This document shows positions 57,159 to 64,000 of a stretch of DNA of 64,000 bases, in pieces. Positions within the stretch are counted from its first letter, which is position 1. Each line of letters opens with the position of its first letter. This stretch comes from a virus. The notes beneath the pieces were generated by a model, which was given only the letters and a program-made list of their open reading frames with translations, was not told the origin of the DNA and searched no databases. The stretch lies in the IMG/VR virus record IMGVR_UViG_3300002098_001673, positions 1-64,000 of that record. One strand, written 5' to 3'. A program made the position numbers and the translations under genes.

Positions 57159-59921
57159 TTTATCTTCCCACCCTTCTTCGGCTAATTTATACATATAATC
57201 CGATTCGATACCTCTTTTTTCCCAATAAGATACTTCTCCCTCAGATAACATCATAACATCTTCTAATTTATCCTGAGAACCTTCATCTAATGGATGTCCA
57301 TTAATAAGTTCACATTGTGATGTTGTAAATAATCCTCTTTCTGCTGGGTCAGTAACAATTAAACCGTTTCTAACCTCATCTTTAAATACAACCATTAATG
57401 GTTCAATTCTTTTATTGAATGTTGCAACAGCTCTCGGTACATTATAATCCCCTGTTAAATTAGGGTCATTTTCTAAGATATCTTTATCCAACATATAACA
57501 ATTAATCATAACTCCATCAGATATTGGTTTGGATTTAGGATTATTAATTAAATTTACTGAATTTGTATCTTTTATTTGTTTTACGGTCATCTTCTGAACA
57601 TCTCCTTGAGATGCCTTATTTCCATTATTAACATACATAATAACGTCTCCCAAATTAACATTTATATTATTTTGTATTGCAAGTTCCATATGAGCCATTC
57701 TACTCATACTATTACCAGATTTAGTTTTGGTATTCAATCGTTTTTTATAATCTTCAAGAGTTAATTTAACCTTAGCTCTCTGAGCAATTTTACTTAATGG
57801 TATTTTCTTATCAAATATTATTTGTAGATATTCATAATAATATTCCACAAAAGATTTGCCATCGCCTTGTAATAAAAACTTAATTCCAATATCCAAAAAT
57901 TCTTCAATATATAATGGAAGTTTTTTTGATTTAATACTATTACCGGTTAGTTTAATCTTACCCTTAGCATCCATAACTGCATAATTCTTACGAGCTAAAT
58001 TTATACATGATGGCCAAACTCCATCAGTATCAAGAGCCATCTCACCTCTCATAAAAATATCATTATATTCTGCTACATCAGCCTCAGGACCAGTGTATTC
58101 TAAACCCTCTTTAACCTTCCAATTTAGACCTCTACCAATATATTTATGTGTATCTACGTCATCAGGAGATGAGAAGTTTACACCATCCGTATCCATTACC
58201 AGAGGGGTATATCCACGAGACATAAAGAACTTAATCATTTGACGAAGATATTGTCGACCTGTACATGTTATTTGTTCACCCATAAACATATCACCCCAAG
58301 CATAAACTTGTGGGGCTGATAAAGCTCCGAACATTGAGTTAATGAATATTTTAATCGGTAATTGTTTATTTCCGTATGACGCAGATTTTTCAGGGTCAGT
58401 AGTATAATACTTTTCGGCAAGTTCTTTATACTTAATACGAGTATCACGAAAATATTTTAACATTCCTTTCATTGCGCCTGTCACATCACATTCTGGAAAT
58501 ACATCATGAACCAATTGAATTGATGGGTACAGGGAACTAAAGTCAAGTTTTAAAACATTCTTTGAATATCCTACTTTTAATAGTCGAGATAAACCACCGA
58601 CAAAATCAGTTTTACCTTGTTTGGCAGGAATTGCCAAATTATGTTTATATGACCAAGCCAACATTAACATTTTCCATAATGTTGCGGTTCCCATTGTCGA
58701 TACTCTTTCATATGTTGTTGGAATCATTGATGCCAATAAGAATGATGCTTGATTAAATTCATGGTCAACTTTTAGAGTTTCATCCAAGTCATCCTCAAGG
58801 TACATCTCAACCAATTTATCGCCTGTTATTTTTTTATAGATACCAGGAAATCGTATATCCAAATCAGCATATTCTGTAGCCTTTTTATAATTACCATTTT
58901 TTACGTTTAACCAATATTCATCTTTATTCTTATACATTTTACCAATGTTCTCATGTTCAATATAAACTCGGTCAGTAGATTCCGCCTTAATATATTTTGT
59001 AATATATTTTAATCCGGCGCTTTTAATACTTGAATTAATTGCTTGAGCTCTACGAACAGCGTGAATAATATCAATACTATTATAACCCCATATTGATGTT
59101 TGAACAAAACTTTCGACCTCATTTGCAAGTTTTAACATACTATCCTTCCTTGTGAACGAATGTTGGGGGTGCAAGGACTTACAAATCTTTTTAGCGTCAA
59201 TCTTTAAAATTCTACACCTTTCAAATATCCAATGCCAATCAAAATTTGCGGAATTATAACCTGCAATAATACTTGGCTTTAACTCATCAATAACTTTAAA
59301 GAATTCTATAATTGCATTTTTTTCTTGGTCCTCATCAATACACTCAATAACTCTATGATATCCTTTATTAGTTTTTATTCCAATCATGAATATATTACCA
59401 TTTTCAGGTTCTAATGACGTTGTCTCCAAGTCAAATACAAGTCTGGTTATTTGATTGTAATCTTCAAATCCTTTAAATAATCTTTTTTCTCGCGCAATTA
59501 AATATTGTTCTACAGGAGGTAGAATTATAATCTTATCTTTTGACTTATCACCCCAAGGGTCACATCCACCGTCTCTAAAAAATTGAATTAATTCTCTATA
59601 ACCTTTTAATGATTTAACCATAAAAGTCATACCGTTATTAAGCCTTTCATTATTATGGGTATCTAATTTCTCAATCATAATACCATACTTAGTCATGGCT
59701 TCTTTCTGAACTGATTTAGAGTCGTTATAGAATTTTAATCCACGTAAATCACCAACCCAAGCAAATGGGATAAATGTATCTTTTCTAATTTCTTTTCCTT
59801 TACCAGGGATTTCTTTGATTTTGTAAATTGAATTAGATAAGTAGTCAAATTCGATTGCTACTATAAATTCTTCGGGGTCATTACCTAATAGGAATGATTC
59901 AATCTCTTCGTTAGATATCAT
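57129..59921 (-). CDS. polB: Family B DNA polymerase with 3'-5' exonuclease
   Basis: FDLETT, GYNSANFD, YLEDD; DFSSLYPS, KIFINSMFG, MDTDG, KNYA. Confidence 0.96.
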   Translation of the reverse strand: MISNEEIESFLLGNDPEEFIVAIEFDYLSNSIYKIKEIPGKGKEIRKDTFIPFAWVGDLRGLKFYNDSKSVQKEAMTKYGIMIEKLDTHNNERLNNGMTFMVKSLKGYRELIQFFRDGGCDPWGDKSKDKIIILPPVEQYLIAREKRLFKGFEDYNQITRLVFDLETTSLEPENGNIFMIGIKTNKGYHRVIECIDEDQEKNAIIEFFKVIDELKPSIIAGYNSANFDWHWIFERCRILKIDAKKICKSLHPQHSFTRKDSMLKLANEVESFVQTSIWGYNSIDIIHAVRRAQAINSSIKSAGLKYITKYIKAESTDRVYIEHENIGKMYKNKDEYWLNVKNGNYKKATEYADLDIRFPGIYKKITGDKLVEMYLEDDLDETLKVDHEFNQASFLLASMIPTTYERVSTMGTATLWKMLMLAWSYKHNLAIPAKQGKTDFVGGLSRLLKVGYSKNVLKLDFSSLYPSIQLVHDVFPECDVTGAMKGMLKYFRDTRIKYKELAEKYYTTDPEKSASYGNKQLPIKIFINSMFGALSAPQVYAWGDMFMGEQITCTGRQYLRQMIKFFMSRGYTPLVMDTDGVNFSSPDDVDTHKYIGRGLNWKVKEGLEYTGPEADVAEYNDIFMRGEMALDTDGVWPSCINLARKNYAVMDAKGKIKLTGNSIKSKKLPLYIEEFLDIGIKFLLQGDGKSFVEYYYEYLQIIFDKKIPLSKIAQRAKVKLTLEDYKKRLNTKTKSGNSMSRMAHMELAIQNNINVNLGDVIMYVNNGNKASQGDVQKMTVKQIKDTNSVNLINNPKSKPISDGVMINCYMLDKDILENDPNLTGDYNVPRAVATFNKRIEPLMVVFKDEVRNGLIVTDPAERGLFTTSQCELINGHPLDEGSQDKLEDVMMLSEGEVSYWEKRGIESDYMYKLAEEGWEDKLRLLQPVGT

Positions 59922-60012
59922 AATATTTTATTTAAAATGGTTCATTAGCTTTCATATTATAATGAAGTTAACCTTATTAAATAAATATAAAAAATGATTT
60001 TGATTAATCAAA

Positions 60013-60390
60013 TTAACAACAAGCCGTTTCAGAAATAAATGAATCTTGAATGTTAATATATAATTCTTCTCTTAATGGTAAAATAAGATTACCCTCATCA
60101 TTTTTAATTAAAAATTGACCTTGATATCTGCCAGGAGTATTTGTATCTCTACTTGTAAATTTAAAATATATATAATATTCGGTCGTTGAGCCTTCGGGTA
60201 AAATTAATCCAACAATATCTGCAGGGGCTGAAACAATTTTAGGTATTCCGGTTTGAACATCAATCATTGAAAAATAAATTGATGATATTATCAAATCATT
60301 CATAAATTGGTCATATCCACTTCTACCGTCACGAACTATTTGCATCTTAAGAACTGGAAGTGTCGCTCCCTTTTTTATAAAAAATTCCAT
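60013..60390 (-). CDS. BppU-N-like small structural protein
   Basis: FIKKGATLPVL...YFKFTSRDTNTPGRYQGQF pattern resembles the baseplate upper protein N-terminal domain. Confidence 0.5.
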   Translation of the reverse strand: MEFFIKKGATLPVLKMQIVRDGRSGYDQFMNDLIISSIYFSMIDVQTGIPKIVSAPADIVGLILPEGSTTEYYIYFKFTSRDTNTPGRYQGQFLIKNDEGNLILPLREELYINIQDSFISETACC

Positions 60391-60469
60391 ATTTTGTTTA
60401 TTAATAAATATGTTGTATATTTATTTAGATAAAGTGAAACTTTAATTAATTATTAGATATTTATATTAT

Positions 60470-60625
60470 ATGGCAAGACCAAAAAAATTAGAAAAAGACC
60501 GAAAAGTAAAATTTGGTATTAGTTTAGATAGAGAACTATTTGATAGGATGGTTAAAGAAAAAACTAAAAAATCAACATTATTAAACAAACTATTAAAATC
60601 GTATTATGAAAAAAAAGATTTGTAG
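60470..60625 (+). CDS. Small ribbon-helix-helix protein (51 aa, not in ORF track)
   Basis: Manual translation MARPKKLEKDRKVKFGISLDRELFDRMVKEKTKKSTLLNKLLKSYYEKKDL*; overlaps the HNH start. Confidence 0.7.
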   Translation: MARPKKLEKDRKVKFGISLDRELFDRMVKEKTKKSTLLNKLLKSYYEKKDL

Positions 60626-61220
60626 TAAGTGTAAGGTAGAGAAAGATGTTTGTGAGTTTTATAAACACAGTAAAAAACCAAACATTTATAGATGTCAATG
60701 TAAGAAATGTATGAATGAATTTTCTTTTGATTATAAGAAAAAAAATGCAAAAATAATTTCTAAAAAGGGAAAACAATTTAGGTTAGAAAATCCTGAGATT
60801 AACAAAGAAAAATGTCGGATTTATAAAAAAAATAATCCTGACCATTTTAAAAAATGGGTAGATAAAAATAAAGAACGCAGAAAAAAATATATAAATGAGT
60901 ACAATTCAGACCCAAAAAATAAAATTAAAAATTCTTTGAGGTCTAGAATAAATCAATTACTTAATAAAAAATATAAAAATCCGAGAACACTTGAACTTGT
61001 TGGTTGTGATTACGAATTTTTAATAAAATATATTGAAAATAAATTTACCGAAGGTATGTCTTGGGATAATTATGGTTATTATGGATGGCATATTGACCAC
61101 ATAATACCCGTCTCATCTGTTAAAACAGAAGAAGATATTTACAAACTTTACCATTATACAAATCTTCAACCACTATGGGCCAAAGATAATCTTATAAAAA
61201 GTGATAAGATTTTAGTTTAA
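60606..61220 (+). CDS. Free-standing HNH homing endonuclease
   Basis: CSKC...CKKC zinc finger, basic helix, GMSWDNYG..WHIDHIIP...HYTNLQPLWAKDN. Confidence 0.88.
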   Translation: MKKKICSKCKVEKDVCEFYKHSKKPNIYRCQCKKCMNEFSFDYKKKNAKIISKKGKQFRLENPEINKEKCRIYKKNNPDHFKKWVDKNKERRKKYINEYNSDPKNKIKNSLRSRINQLLNKKYKNPRTLELVGCDYEFLIKYIENKFTEGMSWDNYGYYGWHIDHIIPVSSVKTEEDIYKLYHYTNLQPLWAKDNLIKSDKILV

Positions 61221-62902
61221 CATTCTTTTCTTAGAGAGTGGTCATAATGTTCAAATCTATGGTGTTCAGTTGGTGTTAACAATAACAAACCAGGATTAAT
61301 ATTTCCTTTAACTGTTTCTTGATAACAATGAGACATCAAAGTGTTTTCAAAAGGATGAGCCCACTTAGTTTCTAAATAACATTTATAATTACCTTTTTTG
61401 GTTAAAAGAATTGGCCAATTACACAAAAAGATTTCACCATCAACATATGACAAACCTTGATGTGTCTTTATTGATTTAAATTTAGTTCTTGGTGCATTTG
61501 GGTCTAATCCTTGCACAGGTAATGATTGTTTTTCGGGAAATAACTCTCTTCTTTTGTCTTGCGGTAAGTTGTACCAACTCCACTGCGTACCATTATCACC
61601 GTAAAATTCAGTAAAATTCAATTTTAAAAAGTCAAAATTTTCTTGTTTAATTATTGATAGTGTTTTTTGATATAAGTTTGGAACGAATCTATTAAAACCA
61701 TTTCTACATACTTCACCTTTTTTAGGATAAAATGCCATGTCATCTTCAAACCAATAATAAAAATCCAATCCTGTTTCATCAAAATGTTCTGCAACAAATA
61801 CTCTCCCCCCAACAATTCCAATATTATCTTTCTTAATATGTTCAAATCCGTATTCATCACAAAGTTGTTTATATCTTGTAGTTGTTGATAAATCGGTTGA
61901 ATTGTCTAATAAAAATTTTTTAGGTTTAAGAATAAAATCTTTATCATATTCTAACATTGATTGGATTAATCTTTCAAATTGTTTTGGACTATTGAATGTT
62001 ATAACATATAACCCACATTTATTAATATCTAAATTATTTGTTATTTCACTAACGGGATTAGTTTTATTTTCGCTTTTAACTAATAAAGTATCGTTTTTTA
62101 AATCTTCAAAAAACCTACCAATTAACCCATTAGATTCTATTTCGAAATAGTTTATCAAATCAGAGTGTCTATATACCATGATGGAAAATATGCTTTCTTC
62201 GGTCCCCATATAACCCTCATCTAATGTAGATTTTAATATACTATAATATAATCCATTAATATCAGATATCGTATGTTTTGGTCCACCAAAGAATCCTCCA
62301 CGACCAACTTTATTTACTTTATCACCAGCGATTGAATTTAATTTATTATATTCAAATCCATGAATTTCTGTTTCAGCATCATATGGAAAACATATAAAAG
62401 AAAATTTTGAAATATATTTAGATAATTTTTCTAAAACTTTATCATGTGTAAAATAACCTGGATGTACTGTATTTGTTAAACCCCCATCAATCCAAAACAT
62501 ATATTCTGAATTAAATTTATCCATAATTTTGGCATCATTTAATAAGAATACTTTGGACATTACAAGTGGATTGTAATTTTCTAATTTTGCTTGAGTAGAT
62601 TCTCTTAACCAACTTGACCTATTTAACCAATCTTCTTGAGTTCTGATTTTTTGAATTTTATCATAAAATTCATTCTCTTTAAACCAAGATAATGGTCTTA
62701 CAATAAATTGGGTATTTGAATCATTTCTTCTGTCTGAAACAAATTTTTTAAGTTCTTCATCTCCAAAAATTATAAGATTGTTATCAATTTCTAAAAGTTT
62801 TTCAAATTTATCTAAATAATGTTGATAAGTTCTTGACCATCCTTCGGTGAGGTTTCCTCTACCAATATCCCAAATACCTGTTACCAATGTTATATTACTC
62901 AT
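61217..62902 (-). CDS. Two-domain glycosyltransferase-like protein (HtrL/WlaTC-like + GT-A-like)
   Basis: ITLVTGIWDIGR...SKVFLL...FWIDGG...GGFFGG...GTEE, then YVITFNS...LLDNS...WFEDDM. Confidence 0.75.
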   Translation of the reverse strand: MSNITLVTGIWDIGRGNLTEGWSRTYQHYLDKFEKLLEIDNNLIIFGDEELKKFVSDRRNDSNTQFIVRPLSWFKENEFYDKIQKIRTQEDWLNRSSWLRESTQAKLENYNPLVMSKVFLLNDAKIMDKFNSEYMFWIDGGLTNTVHPGYFTHDKVLEKLSKYISKFSFICFPYDAETEIHGFEYNKLNSIAGDKVNKVGRGGFFGGPKHTISDINGLYYSILKSTLDEGYMGTEESIFSIMVYRHSDLINYFEIESNGLIGRFFEDLKNDTLLVKSENKTNPVSEITNNLDINKCGLYVITFNSPKQFERLIQSMLEYDKDFILKPKKFLLDNSTDLSTTTRYKQLCDEYGFEHIKKDNIGIVGGRVFVAEHFDETGLDFYYWFEDDMAFYPKKGEVCRNGFNRFVPNLYQKTLSIIKQENFDFLKLNFTEFYGDNGTQWSWYNLPQDKRRELFPEKQSLPVQGLDPNAPRTKFKSIKTHQGLSYVDGEIFLCNWPILLTKKGNYKCYLETKWAHPFENTLMSHCYQETVKGNINPGLLLLTPTEHHRFEHYDHSLRKEC

Positions 62903-63776
62903 ATATTCTATTAAATTCTTCTAAAATTTTATAAAAACTTTTATTCTTTTCAAGAGTTTCATCTGAAACTCCTTGAGGAGCATTTCCTTTATACCACCAA
63001 ATATCAAAATCTTTTCTTTCAAATAATTCTTTATGATTTACGTTCATTAAACTCATAATAACCTCCTCATGTAAAATTACTTTATCTTCGATTATAATCT
63101 TTTGAAGATAATCTTCAAATATATTTACAACTTCATCCCACTTATCTTTATGACCACCAAATAACCCACCAATAATGTGAATACTTCTATCATATTCTTT
63201 ATACCATTTAGGGTCAACAGTACCTGACCAATAATTTCTGTCATTTTCTTTTCCAAGTAATAAAAATTTATCATTAGTATCTTTTATAAGATTTTTTAAA
63301 AAATTATTATTAAATAAAATACTTTCATAATATCTTGCTTGAGAATGGTTGTTAACCAAATATTTTTCAGGAATTAATCCGCAATGTGATAATCCAGCGT
63401 CAATCCAATAATAATAATCATAAGATTTATCTTCATTCCACCACCAATGAAATTTACTATATTGTATTTCAATACATCTGTCAGATTTTTTTGTTTCATC
63501 AATATTTTTATATTGATTAATTAATTCTTTAAACTTTGTTTCTGATATATCAAATATTTTAAATATTAATTTATCTGAAGAAATATTATTTTCTTTATAA
63601 AAAAAATTAATTAAGTCATCTATTTCCCTATCTGATGTGTAACATAAAAAATCTGCATCAGTCATTTTTAGTAGTGACAATAAACTATATTTATAATGGC
63701 CACCTCTACTTGGTCTTCCACCAAATTTGGTTCCATGTAAATCGCTATAAATTGATGTTATAAATTTAATTTTCAT
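62895..63776 (-). CDS. HtrL/WlaTC-like glycosyltransferase
   Basis: QYSKF...YYWIDAGLSH...IIGGLFGG...HEE; preferred start ATG 63776 (MKIKFITSIY). Confidence 0.7.
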   Translation of the reverse strand: MKIKFITSIYSDLHGTKFGGRPSRGGHYKYSLLSLLKMTDADFLCYTSDREIDDLINFFYKENNISSDKLIFKIFDISETKFKELINQYKNIDETKKSDRCIEIQYSKFHWWWNEDKSYDYYYWIDAGLSHCGLIPEKYLVNNHSQARYYESILFNNNFLKNLIKDTNDKFLLLGKENDRNYWSGTVDPKWYKEYDRSIHIIGGLFGGHKDKWDEVVNIFEDYLQKIIIEDKVILHEEVIMSLMNVNHKELFERKDFDIWWYKGNAPQGVSDETLEKNKSFYKILEEFNRIYE

Positions 63777-63780
63777 AAAA

Positions 63781-63999
63781 TTAATTATTAAATCTTTGTG
63801 AATAATGTTTATTACCCCAATCAGAAAAATGAGGCAAATGAAATGGTGCAAAATTATTTGTTGGTTTGATTGAATGTGTTATATGTGTATAATAAATTCT
63901 ACCCATCATATCTCCATCTTCTCCACCCCATCCTTCATATTTTTCATCAAATCCACCTAACGATAATAATAATTCGGTATCACATAAATAAACACCACC
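63781..63999 (-). CDS. Glycosyltransferase C-terminus (GT2/GT7C-like), partial at right edge
   Basis: Manual translation GGVYLCDTELLLSLGGFDEKYEGWGGEDGDMMGR...FHLPH...RFNN*. Confidence 0.8.
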   Translation of the reverse strand, partial: GGVYLCDTELLLSLGGFDEKYEGWGGEDGDMMGRIYYTHITHSIKPTNNFAPFHLPHFSDWGNKHYSQRFNN

Positions 64000-64000
64000 A

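Noticed and set aside
20017-59921. Eukaryotic giant virus origin (RNR type, PolB, SNF2)
   Set aside because: Sheath, tube, baseplate and gp32-like genes and bacterial-type promoters/terminators indicate a tailed phage.
63777-63851. N-terminal extension of ORF 62895..63851
   Set aside because: Overlaps the upstream glycosyltransferase C-terminus; ATG 63776 fits better.
1-64000. tRNA/rRNA genes, reverse transcriptase/DGR, group I introns, stop-codon recoding
   Set aside because: None recognised by eye. Intergenic gaps are short, nrdA/nrdB/polB are uninterrupted, and TAA, TAG and TGA all end genes. A covariance-model scan was not possible.

Overview
AT-rich, densely coding segment of a large contractile-tailed (myovirus-type) dsDNA bacteriophage, standard genetic code. 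SprB-type repeats hint at a Bacteroidota host (inference). Mostly minus strand. Left to right: fibre/adhesin genes (Gly-X-Y repeat, Thr-Pro repeat, SprB-repeat); baseplate genes (P2 gpI-like, gp6-like, gp25-like); a replication block (nrdA, nrdB, DnaB-like helicase, 5'-3' exonuclease, RecA/UvsX, gp32-like SSB); a tail block (hub, LysM/gpX-like, OmpA-domain tube-initiator-like protein, tape measure, chaperone, tube, sheath, terminator, neck); a SNF2-family helicase with two inteins; a family B DNA polymerase; an RHH+HNH cassette; and glycosyltransferases. The most striking signal is intein 2 of the helicase (53551-54645). It has no in-frame endonuclease, but a complete 267-codon zinc-finger + DUF559/Vsr-like endonuclease ORF is overprinted in the +1 frame between the splicing domains. 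Also notable: a Gly1 class-3 (WCT) LAGLIDADG intein, a probable +1 frameshift (UUC UUU CGU C) in the tail chaperone, unannotated short ORFs (RHH, HNH remnant), and a recurrent TATTTAT(A) motif before gene starts. All calls come from motif reading by eye; no database searches were run.
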